Shown here in pieces: positions 39,779-49,695 of a stretch of 64,000 nt of DNA (position 1 is the stretch's first letter; every line of letters starts with the position of its first letter). Source of the DNA: an uncultured Rhodospirillaceae bacterium. Its GTDB lineage: Bacteria; Pseudomonadota; Alphaproteobacteria; UBA11136. The notes under the pieces are model-generated. The model searched no databases and was not told the origin of the DNA. It worked only from the letters and a program-made list of their open reading frames with translations. The stretch lies in the NCBI GenBank assembly GCA_964482135.1, contig CAYZWF010000002.1, positions 6,639 to 70,638 of the forward strand, given 5' to 3'. The position numbers and the translations under genes were made by a program.

Positions 39779-41509
39779 ATGACGGAACAGGGCAAAAGCT
39801 ATTTCCGGCGCGGCGGCGAGGAGCCTCTTCTCGAGGTCACCATCCCCGAGCATGTGGCCGCCGTCACTGCGCGCTTTCCCGAGAGCGAGGCGGTGGTGTC
39901 TCTGCCCCAGAAAAAGCGCCTGACTTACGGAGAGCTTGATAAGGAAGTCATGGGTCTCGCCCGGGGTCTTCTTGGGCTTGGTTTCGCCAAGGGCGATCGT
40001 ATCGGCATCTGGGCCACAGACAATATGGAATGGCTGTTGCTGCAGTTGGCCACTGCCCGCATCGGCGCGGTTCTGGTCAATATCAACCCCGCCTACCGGG
40101 CGGGAGAACTGGCCTATGCCCTGAAACGCTCGGAGGTGCAGGGGGTGTTCGCCATTCCTTCCTTCCGGTCCAGCGATTACGTGGCCATGCTGGCCGAGAT
40201 CGTGCCCGAACTGCGGGAAGGCGGAACCGAGATCGAGGCCGCGGAACTGCCCCATCTGCGCCGGGTGGTGCTTTATGACGCCGCCGCTCCCATGGAGACC
40301 GCGCGCCCCCATCCCGGATTCACGTTGTGGCGGGAGGTCCTGGAGGCCGGTGACGGGGTGAGCGCGGCGCAAGTGGACGCGGTGACGGAGTCTCTGGATG
40401 CCCATGATCCCATCAATATCCAGTACACCTCCGGCACCACCGGCTTTCCCAAGGCGGTGGTGCTGTCCCACCACAACATTCTCAACAACGCCTATTTCGC
40501 GGCCAAGGCCATGCGCTTTACGGAAACCGACCGGCTCTGTGTGCCGGTGCCCTTCTATCATTGTTTCGGCATGGTGCTGGCTAATCTGCTGTGTTTGTCA
40601 GTGGGCGCCTGTCTCGTTATTCCCTCGGAACATTTCGACGCGCCCTCGGTATTGAAAGCCGTGGAGGCGGAGAAATGCACCGCCGTGCACGGCGTGCCCA
40701 CCATGTTCATCGCCGAGCTCGAGCACCCCGATTTCAAACGTTATGACCTCACCAGCCTGCGCACCGGAATCATGGCCGGTGCGCCGTGCCCGCCGGAATT
40801 AATGAAACGGGTCATCAGCGAGGAACACTGCCCCGAGATTCTCATCGGCTATGGCGAAACCGAGGCCTCTCCGCTGACCCACCTCACCAGCGCCGATGAC
40901 AGTTTCGAGCGCCGCACCGAAACGGTGGGCTGTAACCTCGCCCACCAGGAGGTGAAGATCGTCGATACCGACACCGGCGAGACCGTCCCCCTGGGCGCGG
41001 TGGGGGAGGTCTGTTTCCGCGGCTATCACATCATGAAGGGCTATTACGGCGACGAGGAAGCCACCAAAAAGGCCATCGACGAGGAGGGCTGGCTCTATTC
41101 CGGCGACCTCGGAACCATGGATGAAGAGGGCTATGTGAAAATCACCGGCCGCCTCAAGGAGATGATTATCCGTGGCGGCGAGAACATCTATCCCCGGGAA
41201 ATCGAGGAGGTGATCTTCGGCCACCCCAAGGTGGTGCAGGTGGCGGTGTTCGGCGTCGATGACGCGTTCTATGGCGAGGAGGTGATGGCCTGGGTCCAGC
41301 TTCACCCCGGCGAGGAGATGGGCGAAGAGGAGGTGCGGGAGTATTGCCGCGAACGGCTGGCCCATTTCAAGGCGCCCAAATATATCCGCTTCGTGGATGA
41401 TTTCCCCATGACGGTGACCGGCAAGCTGCAGAAATTCCGCATGCGGGAAATAGCTCAAGAAGAGATGGCGGGACAGGAAATGACTGGAAAGGAAGCGGAG
41501 GCCACATGA
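39779..41509 (+). CDS. AMP-dependent acyl-CoA synthetase/ligase
   Basis: AMP-binding motif YTSGTTGFPKAV, YGxTE, and C-terminal GKLQK lysine. Start at MTEQGK. Confidence 0.85.
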   Translation: MTEQGKSYFRRGGEEPLLEVTIPEHVAAVTARFPESEAVVSLPQKKRLTYGELDKEVMGLARGLLGLGFAKGDRIGIWATDNMEWLLLQLATARIGAVLVNINPAYRAGELAYALKRSEVQGVFAIPSFRSSDYVAMLAEIVPELREGGTEIEAAELPHLRRVVLYDAAAPMETARPHPGFTLWREVLEAGDGVSAAQVDAVTESLDAHDPINIQYTSGTTGFPKAVVLSHHNILNNAYFAAKAMRFTETDRLCVPVPFYHCFGMVLANLLCLSVGACLVIPSEHFDAPSVLKAVEAEKCTAVHGVPTMFIAELEHPDFKRYDLTSLRTGIMAGAPCPPELMKRVISEEHCPEILIGYGETEASPLTHLTSADDSFERRTETVGCNLAHQEVKIVDTDTGETVPLGAVGEVCFRGYHIMKGYYGDEEATKKAIDEEGWLYSGDLGTMDEEGYVKITGRLKEMIIRGGENIYPREIEEVIFGHPKVVQVAVFGVDDAFYGEEVMAWVQLHPGEEMGEEEVREYCRERLAHFKAPKYIRFVDDFPMTVTGKLQKFRMREIAQEEMAGQEMTGKEAEAT

Positions 41510-42474
41510 AGAAAATTCTGGTGACGGGAGCCCTAGGGCAGATCGGCTCGGAACTGGTGCCGGCGTTGAGGGAGCGCCATGGCGGCGGCAACGTGGTGGC
41601 CTCGGACATTCGCATGAAGCCCGGAGGCGGTGAAGTCGCAGGGGAGGGGCCCTTCGAACATCTCGATTGCACCAAGGGGCGCGAGATACGCGACCTTATC
41701 CTGCGCCATGACATCGGCACCGTTTACCATCTTGCCGCCATCCTCTCGGCGGTTGCCGAAGAACGGCCGCAGGTGGCCTGGCACCTCAACATGGGGGGGC
41801 TTTACCGGGTGCTGGAGGCGGCGCGGCATTTCGGATGCACGGTGTTTCTGCCCAGCTCCATCGGCGCCTTCGGCCCCGCCACGCCACGGGAGAATACGCC
41901 CCAGGACACCATTCAGCGTCCCACCACCATGTACGGCGTGACCAAGGTCGCCAGTGAGTTGCTCTGCGACTATTACGCCCAGCGTTTCGGCGTGGATACG
42001 CGGGGGCTGCGGCTGCCCGGCCTTATCTCCCATGTGGCGTTGCCGGGCGGGGGAACCACCGATTACGCCGTTGAAATGTTTTACCAGGCCATCCGTTACG
42101 GCCAGTACCGCTGTTTCCTCAAAGCCGATACCCGGCTCGACATGATGTATATGCCCGACGCTGTCAGGGCCATGATCGAGGTCATGGCGGCGGACCCGGC
42201 GCAGCTGGTCCACCGCAATGCCTTTAACGTGACGGCCATGAGTTTCACGCCGCGGGAACTGGCGGGGGAGATCGCCAAGCATATCCCCGGCTTCACCGTC
42301 GAATATGATGTGGACCCCATCCGCCAGGCGATCGCCGATTCGTGGCCGCAATCCATGGATGACTCCGCCGCCCGCCAAGAGTGGGGATGGGAGCCCCATT
42401 ATGATCTGCACTCCATGACCGGCCATATGCTGGAGGAACTCCGCAAAAAGCTCGGGATACCGGCCACAGAATAA
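41506..42474 (+). CDS. tdh: NAD-dependent L-threonine 3-dehydrogenase (UDP-glucose 4-epimerase-like SDR)
   Basis: GALGQIG Rossmann motif, extended SDR YxxxK. Immediately upstream of kbl. Confidence 0.7.
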   Translation: MKKILVTGALGQIGSELVPALRERHGGGNVVASDIRMKPGGGEVAGEGPFEHLDCTKGREIRDLILRHDIGTVYHLAAILSAVAEERPQVAWHLNMGGLYRVLEAARHFGCTVFLPSSIGAFGPATPRENTPQDTIQRPTTMYGVTKVASELLCDYYAQRFGVDTRGLRLPGLISHVALPGGGTTDYAVEMFYQAIRYGQYRCFLKADTRLDMMYMPDAVRAMIEVMAADPAQLVHRNAFNVTAMSFTPRELAGEIAKHIPGFTVEYDVDPIRQAIADSWPQSMDDSAARQEWGWEPHYDLHSMTGHMLEELRKKLGIPATE

Positions 42475-42505
42475 ATTCAGAATAAATACAGCGAGGAAGA
42501 ACCAC

Positions 42506-43750
42506 ATGCCCCACCAACGAATCGCCAAGCTGTTGTCTTCGGAGCTCGGGGACATGGAGAAAAGCGCCGCCGCCAAGGGCCGCGAGACCGTCTTTAGCGC
42601 CGTGATCCCGGCGGCTGAGGGAAACGGCCCGCGCTTCATCCTCGAGGGGGAAGGGGAGGCCCGGTTTCTGAGGATGAATTCCAACAGCTATCTCGGCATG
42701 TCCCTGAACCCGGACGTCATGGCGGCCGGGGAAGAGGCGGTACGGACCTATGGCGCAGGGCCGGGTGCGGTGCGTTTCATCAGCGGCACCTGGGCGCCGC
42801 ATATTGAACTGGAACGCCGGTTGGCCGATTTTCACGGCCGTGACAGCGCCATGATCTTCAGCTCGGCCTATGCCGCCATGATGGGAATCCTGCCGCCGTT
42901 GATTACGCTGGAGACGGCGGTGATCAGCGACGAACTCAATCACAACTGCATCATCAACGCTCTGCGCCTGGCGCGGCCCGGAGAAAAAAAGGTCTACCCC
43001 CATCTCGACTTGGGCCAATTGGAGGCGCGGCTGAAAGAGGCGGCGAGCACCTGCCGCCGCGCCATTATCGTTACGGACGGGATTTTCAGTATGCGCGGCG
43101 ACCACGCCCCGCTGGCCGGAATCATGGAACTGGCGCGCCGTTATGACGACGCCTTCACCGAGAACGTTCTTGTGGTGGTGGACGATTCACACGGCGTCGG
43201 CGCCTTCGGCGCAACCGGACGCGGCAGTGAGGAATATACCGGCTGTGGAGAGGCGGATATCCTGTTGGCGACCCTGGGCAAGGCGATCGGCGTCAATGGC
43301 GGCTATGTGGTGGCGAGCCGGACCCTTACCGACTATTTGCGGGAAAAGTCCCCCTTCTATGTGTATTCCAATCCCATCACTCCGGGCGAAGCGGCGGCGG
43401 CGGCGCGGTCGCTGGAGATTCTCGACAGTCCCCGGGGGCTGGCGCTGCTGGATCATCTGCGGGCCATGACCGCGCGCTTCGAGGCCGGTCTTCGCCAGCG
43501 GGGGTTCGAGACCATTCCCGGCGAACATCCCGGCGCGCATCCCATAGTGCCCCTGATGACCCGGGATACCGACCGCACCCTGGCCTTGGTCCGCCATCTG
43601 AAAAGCCACGGCATCCTCGCCACCGCCATCCACTATCCCGTTGTGCCCCGTGGTGACGAGGAAATCCGTTTTCAGATTTCCGCGGACCATACCGAGGCCG
43701 ATATTGATCTGGTTCTCGACGCCTTGGAGGGGGCGTTGGCGGAGTCTTGA
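42506..43750 (+). CDS. kbl: Glycine C-acetyltransferase (2-amino-3-ketobutyrate CoA ligase)
   Basis: Alpha-oxoamine synthase family (PLP fold type I); paired with tdh. Confidence 0.75.
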   Translation: MPHQRIAKLLSSELGDMEKSAAAKGRETVFSAVIPAAEGNGPRFILEGEGEARFLRMNSNSYLGMSLNPDVMAAGEEAVRTYGAGPGAVRFISGTWAPHIELERRLADFHGRDSAMIFSSAYAAMMGILPPLITLETAVISDELNHNCIINALRLARPGEKKVYPHLDLGQLEARLKEAASTCRRAIIVTDGIFSMRGDHAPLAGIMELARRYDDAFTENVLVVVDDSHGVGAFGATGRGSEEYTGCGEADILLATLGKAIGVNGGYVVASRTLTDYLREKSPFYVYSNPITPGEAAAAARSLEILDSPRGLALLDHLRAMTARFEAGLRQRGFETIPGEHPGAHPIVPLMTRDTDRTLALVRHLKSHGILATAIHYPVVPRGDEEIRFQISADHTEADIDLVLDALEGALAES

Positions 43751-43751
43751 C

Positions 43752-44528
43752 TTAGCGCATGGAGCGCCAGGACTTGCGGGCCTCGTCGGAAATGCCGCCG
43801 GAATAGTAGCCCTGGAAAGGAATGCGGAACTCGGATTCCTCCGCGTTTTTCCTGAAGATAGCCAGAAGCATGGCATTCTCGGGTAGTTTGCCCGCCTTGA
43901 TAAATTCCAGCACCGCATCGCGGTCCGGGAATTGGTGAATCTCGAAGGGATTCGCGGCGCCCGCAAAAAACCACATGTCATAGTTATTGGCGCGCGCCAG
44001 ATCGAAGAACAGGGTGGGCTGGAAATTAACGAAGCCGTGATCCACCCAGCCGCTGATGAGCGGACCTTCGTGAATCATGAGCCCGCCGGGGCGCGTGTAT
44101 TGGTGCATGGAGGCGAACACCTGGCCGTAATTGAAGACGTGTTCGGCGGTGCCGTTATTGATGGTGACGTCAAAGGCGGTATCCAGGTCCAGGGGATGGT
44201 TGAGATCGTGCCTGAGGCAGGCATCGGTGCCGTTGAGGTCGATGGCGGTGACTTCGCGGCAACCGTAAAACAGGTCGTAATAGACCTTGGCGATGTCGAA
44301 GGGCCGGGTTTCCGTTTCCCCGGCCACCGCCGTTTCCAGACGCGCGCTCAGACGGTCGCGTTCCCCGGGGTCTTCGATAAGCGTACGGATGTCCTCAAGA
44401 AGGGTTTCGGTAGGGACGTCGCCGTACCAGTTAGCCTCGCCGAATTCCAGCACCGCAGCATCCTTGGGCAGGATTCCCTCCTGAAAAAACGTGCGGGTCA
44501 CGGTATAGGTGATGCGGGAGATAGCCAT
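43752..44528 (-). CDS. Hypothetical protein (possible methyltransferase-like fold)
   Basis: ORF only; weak resemblance to SAM-MTase motif regions (LEFGEANWYGD, TINNGTAEH). Convergent with kbl, downstream of the inositol cluster. Confidence 0.4.
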   Translation of the reverse strand: MAISRITYTVTRTFFQEGILPKDAAVLEFGEANWYGDVPTETLLEDIRTLIEDPGERDRLSARLETAVAGETETRPFDIAKVYYDLFYGCREVTAIDLNGTDACLRHDLNHPLDLDTAFDVTINNGTAEHVFNYGQVFASMHQYTRPGGLMIHEGPLISGWVDHGFVNFQPTLFFDLARANNYDMWFFAGAANPFEIHQFPDRDAVLEFIKAGKLPENAMLLAIFRKNAEESEFRIPFQGYYSGGISDEARKSWRSMR

Positions 44529-44580
44529 GTTGAGTCACATAGTATGCCTTAAGCGGTTTCCGTCTTAAGTAGATTCTTCT

Positions 44581-45576
44581 CTATGTAATTTCTTCCGGGG
44601 GGAGTTTGGTGGGGATGGAATAGCGCCAGGCAATCAGGAATCCCCAGACGATCCATATAATTTCCCGCAACCGCCGCACCAGCGCCACCGCCAGGCCCAG
44701 GGACGGTTGGCCGGTGATGGGGGTGATAATCAGTACCATGGCCCCTTCCTGGACGCCGATTCCGGCGGGGATGAAAAATGCCCCGGCGCGCACCAGCTCC
44801 ACCACCGCTTCGATGCACCATGCCTCGGCCATGGAGACGGGGTGGCCGAAAAACCATAAGATGAGATAAAGCTCCACCGCGCCCAGAACCCAATTGGCGA
44901 AGGTCAATGCCAGCGCCAGGGCGAATTTTCCGTGATCGCCGGCGTAGCTTTCCACCAGCCGGTTGTCCAAATCCTGGATGTGATGGAGCACCTCGGCCAG
45001 GCGCCGCCCGAAGCGCCGCCGCGAGAGCCATTCCCAGACGGCGGAGGTTACCTTCAGACGCTGCACGGCAAAGACCGCCGCGATCCCCACTATCAGAACC
45101 GTCAGGCCGATGGCGGCGGCCAGTTCATAAGCCGGGGACAGATAGCCGTAAGCGATGGTGAGAGCCAGCCCGCCGCACAGGAAAACCACCAGGGCCATCA
45201 AATTCGCCGTCTTGGCCACCACCAGGGAGGCCACCCCTTCGCGGTAGTCGAGGCCGAGAAATTTCTTCATCAGCACGGCTTTGACCGGTTCCCCGGCAAG
45301 ACCGACGAAGGGGGTTACCCGGTTCACCGCCGCACCCACCATGCGCACCTTCCAGAGGGCGTAAAACCACGGCCAGTCACGCCGGAAGGGGCGGATCAGA
45401 TACTGCCAGGACAGGGTATCGGCGAGGAAGGCGGCCATATAGACGCCGAGAACCGCCAAGAGCCCCCATTTGAGGTGCTCCATGTGACCGGCCACCGCGC
45501 TCAGGTCGGTTTTGACCACGATGGCGGTGAGTAACGCCAGGCCCAGCAGCAGAAACAGTATACGCAGCACCTTCAT
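44581..45576 (-). CDS. Lysylphosphatidylglycerol-synthase-TM-like (flippase-like) integral membrane protein
   Basis: Start reassigned to MKVLRILFLLL (45576), 12 nt after the upstream stop. About 8 TM helices. Confidence 0.55.
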   Translation of the reverse strand: MKVLRILFLLLGLALLTAIVVKTDLSAVAGHMEHLKWGLLAVLGVYMAAFLADTLSWQYLIRPFRRDWPWFYALWKVRMVGAAVNRVTPFVGLAGEPVKAVLMKKFLGLDYREGVASLVVAKTANLMALVVFLCGGLALTIAYGYLSPAYELAAAIGLTVLIVGIAAVFAVQRLKVTSAVWEWLSRRRFGRRLAEVLHHIQDLDNRLVESYAGDHGKFALALALTFANWVLGAVELYLILWFFGHPVSMAEAWCIEAVVELVRAGAFFIPAGIGVQEGAMVLIITPITGQPSLGLAVALVRRLREIIWIVWGFLIAWRYSIPTKLPPEEIT

Positions 45577-45587
45577 GGGGGGTGGAC

Positions 45588-46301
45588 CTATACGTGGTGG
45601 CGGCGGAAGCCCTTGACGAACTGGAGCATCCAGTAAGCTTGCGCGCCCAGCGCGCCGGTGGGAAGCAGAATCCACAAGGAATCGGCAAGGGCCAGGGCGA
45701 GAACGATGAAACAGAAGTCGGTGCGGATCACCCGCGAGACGTAAATGGAACGGTCGGTGGAGGAGTCCTCGGGTCCGTCTTCCACGAAGCTGCCTTCGCC
45801 GCCACCGATGGTGATGCCGCTGTCGCGCAGACAATCAATGGCGTAGTTGACGGTTCCACCCGCCGCCGCGATGACACCGCACCACAGCCAGAAGGATTCT
45901 TCCGTTCGCGCTCTGATCCCGGCGCCCAGCGCGATAAAGAGCGCGCCGTGCACCACCCAGTCGACGAAGGTATCGAAGCGTTTGCCGAAATCGGAGGTGA
46001 GATTTTTAAGCCGCGCAACCTCGCCGTCGCAGTTATCGAGAACGTAACAGGCGATGAAAAATGCCGCACCCGTCAGGGTGGCCCTGGGCCCGCTGTACTG
46101 GAACAGCCATGCCGCCAACAGTCCGAAGACCAGGGAGATGGCGGTGATCTGGTTGGGCGTCAACGGCGAACGGTAAAGCGCCGGGGTGGAAATGTAAGAG
46201 AGGTGGCGGACCAGGGGGAAAAGCCTTCGCGGGGGGGGTAAAAGTTCCCCCGGGGGGCTGTCGGGATGCGCCTCGTTCATGTCCTGGCCGTCAGTATTCA
46301 C
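45588..46301 (-). CDS. CDP-alcohol phosphatidyltransferase family protein
   Basis: Motif D-x2-DG-x2-AR ... G-x3-D-x3-D present (DNCDGEVARL ... GKRFDTFVD). Confidence 0.8.
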   Translation of the reverse strand: MNTDGQDMNEAHPDSPPGELLPPPRRLFPLVRHLSYISTPALYRSPLTPNQITAISLVFGLLAAWLFQYSGPRATLTGAAFFIACYVLDNCDGEVARLKNLTSDFGKRFDTFVDWVVHGALFIALGAGIRARTEESFWLWCGVIAAAGGTVNYAIDCLRDSGITIGGGEGSFVEDGPEDSSTDRSIYVSRVIRTDFCFIVLALALADSLWILLPTGALGAQAYWMLQFVKGFRRHHV

Positions 46302-46304
46302 GCA

Positions 46305-47660
46305 TCAACGGACAATGAGTTTTTCAACATTTTCCCCAAGATCCGATTGATCGAGCGCCTCTTCCTCGGCTAAGGCGCGCAGCATGTTGGTCAGCATCAG
46401 GTGCTGGACGAACAGGTCGTTCTGGGGTTCCTGGGAATCGGGCATGGTGGGCGCCTTGTAATAGAAGGACAGCCATTCCTGAATGCCGTTGAGGCAGGCG
46501 CGCTGTGCCAGGTCCATGAAAAGGATCAAATCGAGGGCAATGGGGGCGGCGAGGATGGAATCCCGGCACAGGAAATTGACCTTTATCTGCATGGACTGGC
46601 CCAGCCATCCCTGGATGTCGATATTGTCCCAGCCTTCCTTGGCGTCGCCACGGGGCGGGTAATAATCGATGCGGATCTTATGGTGGTAGTCGCCGTAAAG
46701 TTCGGGATAGAGATCGGGCTGGAGGATGGAATCCAGCACCCGGCCCTTGGAGGATTCCTTGGCCTTGAAAGAACCGGAATCGTCCAGGACCTCGCCGTCC
46801 TTGTTGCCGATGATGTTGGTGGAATACCAGCCTTCCAGGCCCAGCATGCGGGCTTGCAGGCCCGGCGCGACGACAGTCTTCATCATGGTCTGGCCGGTTT
46901 TGAAATCGCGCCCGCTGATGGCCACACCCTTTCTGTTGGCGAGATCGATGAGGGCAGGAATTTCCACCGAAAAGTTCGGCGCGCCGTTGGCATAGGGAAT
47001 GCCGCACATGAGGGAGGCATAGGCGTAGATCATGGAGGGCGCGATCTCGGGGGCGTTGTCGCGGAGGCCCTGTTCGAAGGCTTCCAGCGTCTGGTGAACC
47101 GGTCCCGGTTCCGAATAAACCTCCGTGGAGCCGCACCAGAGCATCACCGCGCGCTCGAGGTCGTTATCGGCAAGGAACTTCTTGATATCGTCCATCAGCG
47201 CCTTGGCCAGGTCCATTTTGCTGGCGCCGGTTTTCACATGGGTGCCCTTGAGATTACGCACATAAGCCTGGTCGAAAACGCCGCGCCACGGCGCGATGGC
47301 TTCGAGCTCGCGGCGCACATTCGACAGCATGTCATGGCCGAGGACGCCCGCGTTGCACGCCGTCTGGTAGGCATTTTCAGGCGTGATGTCCCAACCGCCG
47401 AATACCAGGTCACTGGGTTCCGCCAGGTGAACCAGATCCTTGATGGCGACGTAACGGGGAGTCTCGCCGTTGCCGATCTGGATCTTCTGCATCTGGGTTA
47501 GGGATCCGATAGGCCGCCCTTGTCCTTTCGCAACGAGGTTCACGCCGGCGATAAGGGTGGTGGCGACCGCCCCCATGCCGGGAATGAGAACGCCGAGACG
47601 GCCCTTGGGCGGAGCAATGCCCGCGCTTTGTTTCAAAGGGGGAGTGGTTGGCTTATTCAT
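46305..47660 (-). CDS. ino1: myo-Inositol-3-phosphate synthase (MIPS/Ino1)
   Basis: Length and conserved segments of archaeal/bacterial MIPS (NAD-binding N-terminus, catalytic region SLMCGIPYANGAPN). Confidence 0.75.
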   Translation of the reverse strand: MNKPTTPPLKQSAGIAPPKGRLGVLIPGMGAVATTLIAGVNLVAKGQGRPIGSLTQMQKIQIGNGETPRYVAIKDLVHLAEPSDLVFGGWDITPENAYQTACNAGVLGHDMLSNVRRELEAIAPWRGVFDQAYVRNLKGTHVKTGASKMDLAKALMDDIKKFLADNDLERAVMLWCGSTEVYSEPGPVHQTLEAFEQGLRDNAPEIAPSMIYAYASLMCGIPYANGAPNFSVEIPALIDLANRKGVAISGRDFKTGQTMMKTVVAPGLQARMLGLEGWYSTNIIGNKDGEVLDDSGSFKAKESSKGRVLDSILQPDLYPELYGDYHHKIRIDYYPPRGDAKEGWDNIDIQGWLGQSMQIKVNFLCRDSILAAPIALDLILFMDLAQRACLNGIQEWLSFYYKAPTMPDSQEPQNDLFVQHLMLTNMLRALAEEEALDQSDLGENVEKLIVR

Positions 47661-47674
47661 GGAAAACCTATTTA

Positions 47675-48880
47675 TTAATTTTTCTCCCGGTAGGCGATTA
47701 CCAGAAGGAATATAAAGAATATCGGCGCTCCCACCGCAGTGAGAGCAAGAAACCAGGCCGCCTTCCCAAACGCCGAGAGCAGCACGACTAGATAGATGAA
47801 ATCGCGGCGGACAAGCGCATCCGCCACTTGCGAAAAACCGCCCCCAGGTCCTTGCGCAACGGAGGTGAAGAGCGGCCCTGATGACTCCTTATGACGCATC
47901 GTGCGCCAAAACACAAATCCCGCCGAGGCCAGAGTGCCCAAAACCGCCGCAAAACCAGCCCAGAGCGGCCATACCGACTCCGACTCGAGACTCCATCCCA
48001 CGCCCATGCATGCAAAAACGGCCACGTGGACCAGGTTGTCGCCCCAATAATCGAGTATGCCTCCGAGACGCGATTCCTTCATACGTAGCCGCGCCAGCTC
48101 GCCGTCGCAGCCATCGAGGATGGAATGGGCCAAAAACAGCAACGCCCCCGTCACCTGCAGCGCCGGTTGCGACGACAGGAAAAACGGTGCCCCCAGAAGC
48201 CCCACGAGAATGCTGATGACGGTCATGGCGTTGGCCGACACCCGCGTCGCCGCGATCCGCCTTGTAATGGCCAGGGAGATGGGCCGGGACACAAGGCGGG
48301 CCATGACCCCGTCGGTTTCCTTGACCAGGCCGCCAAGCAGCCAGTCCACGGCCTCGGAAACAGTGGTTTCGGGGGTGAGATTCAGCCGCCGCTGTTCACC
48401 GAGTTCGCCGGGCCGGCACGAGGAGGCATCGAACATGCCCAGCAAGGTGGCGAATATGTCATTGGTCCGATTCTGGGGGGCTCCGTCTTCGGAGGACGGC
48501 TGGAGGGAAAACGGCCTCTGACCGGGAGTGGTTTCGATCACTGCGGCGGTTCCCGCTTCGAAAATCATTTTTCCCGGTTCCACCGGCATGCAGAGAAGTT
48601 CACCCAGCCATTTCTGGTCGGGCAATACATCCCCGGAAAGGACCACGATGCGACGTGCCGCAATGGTGGGGGCAGGACCATCCGAAGACGTAATAATACG
48701 CTCGAAACCGGCCCGTTCCGCAGTCCGTACCGTGCGGCGGGCAAGGGGCATGCCTAGCAGTTCGGTTTCGGGTCCAACCGGGCCGTCATTGCCCGGCGGC
48801 AGCACCATGAGAAGGCTCGAAGCCGCGTCGATGCTTCCCTGTGCGTTGTCCGTCTCATCTTGGAGAGGAGCAAAATTCAC
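47675..48880 (-). CDS. CDP-alcohol phosphatidyltransferase with N-terminal nucleotidyltransferase-like extension (IPCT/DIPPS-like architecture)
   Basis: C-terminal motif DGCDGELARL ... GGILDYWGD. N-terminal about 180 aa is weakly NTP-transferase-like (LLGMPLARRTVRTAERAGFERII). Confidence 0.65.
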   Translation of the reverse strand: MNFAPLQDETDNAQGSIDAASSLLMVLPPGNDGPVGPETELLGMPLARRTVRTAERAGFERIITSSDGPAPTIAARRIVVLSGDVLPDQKWLGELLCMPVEPGKMIFEAGTAAVIETTPGQRPFSLQPSSEDGAPQNRTNDIFATLLGMFDASSCRPGELGEQRRLNLTPETTVSEAVDWLLGGLVKETDGVMARLVSRPISLAITRRIAATRVSANAMTVISILVGLLGAPFFLSSQPALQVTGALLFLAHSILDGCDGELARLRMKESRLGGILDYWGDNLVHVAVFACMGVGWSLESESVWPLWAGFAAVLGTLASAGFVFWRTMRHKESSGPLFTSVAQGPGGGFSQVADALVRRDFIYLVVLLSAFGKAAWFLALTAVGAPIFFIFLLVIAYREKN

Positions 48881-48894
48881 GAACGCACCTCTTT

Positions 48895-49695
48895 TTACGA
48901 CTTACCGTATGGTGATCCCAGCGGGGCGGGTTCGCGGGCGGGGCGGTAGGTTCCCTTGGAAAGCCGTATTTTTTCGCGAGACTCCGCTTCCTCAAGGGCT
49001 TCGGGTGTATCCACGTCGAGCCAGAATTTGCCGGTTACCTCGGCGGTTTTGGCGCGGCCCCGCGCGGCCAAATGACGCAGGCCGTCGGAAAGGCCGTGCA
49101 GGTTGTTGGCCGCGGCCAGTTCCAGCCCTTCGAAAAGACCCGGGGTACACAGCACGATGCCAGTATCGGCCGCGTCCCAGGCCTCAAGATTCTTACCGAT
49201 CTCACAGATTTGGCCGTCCTCAAGCCGCACCCGGGTGACGTCATCGAGGTCGAAAATACCCTCTTTGTCACGGTCCACGGCGAGACACATTTCCCCGGGC
49301 TCCGGAACATGACGGGCCAGGGTTTCGGCAATTTCCGGATCGAACATATGATCGGTCATGGTGAGAAAGAAGGTGGCGTCACCCACATGTTCCCTCGCCG
49401 CCAGCGCGCTGGTGCCGTTTCCTTGTTCCCAGTTGGTGGCGGTGACGGCGTCAATGGTTAGGTTATGGCGGCGCGCAATGAGGTCGAAATGGGCCGAGAT
49501 GGTGTCCGCCTTGTGACCGGTTATGACGATAAAATTCGTGATTCCCGCGCCGTCGCGCAACGCCAGCACAGTGTGTTCGGCCAGGGTCCGTCCCCCCACC
49601 TGGACCAGCGGCTTCGGGGTGTCGGATCCCGACGTCAGCCGTGACCCCAGCCCGGCGGCGAGAATGACTGCCCTGTCTGGTTCGGTTATGGGCAT
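48895..49695 (-). CDS. Nucleotidyltransferase (NTP_transferase family; candidate CTP:inositol-phosphate cytidylyltransferase)
   Basis: GxGxRL motif ILAAGLGSRL. First gene of the operon. Confidence 0.7.
   Translation of the reverse strand: MPITEPDRAVILAAGLGSRLTSGSDTPKPLVQVGGRTLAEHTVLALRDGAGITNFIVITGHKADTISAHFDLIARRHNLTIDAVTATNWEQGNGTSALAAREHVGDATFFLTMTDHMFDPEIAETLARHVPEPGEMCLAVDRDKEGIFDLDDVTRVRLEDGQICEIGKNLEAWDAADTGIVLCTPGLFEGLELAAANNLHGLSDGLRHLAARGRAKTAEVTGKFWLDVDTPEALEEAESREKIRLSKGTYRPAREPAPLGSPYGKS

Noticed and set aside
46401-47501. 366-aa plus-strand ORF antisense to ino1
   Set aside because: Shadow ORF with Gly/Val/Asp-rich low-complexity translation. The minus strand encodes MIPS.
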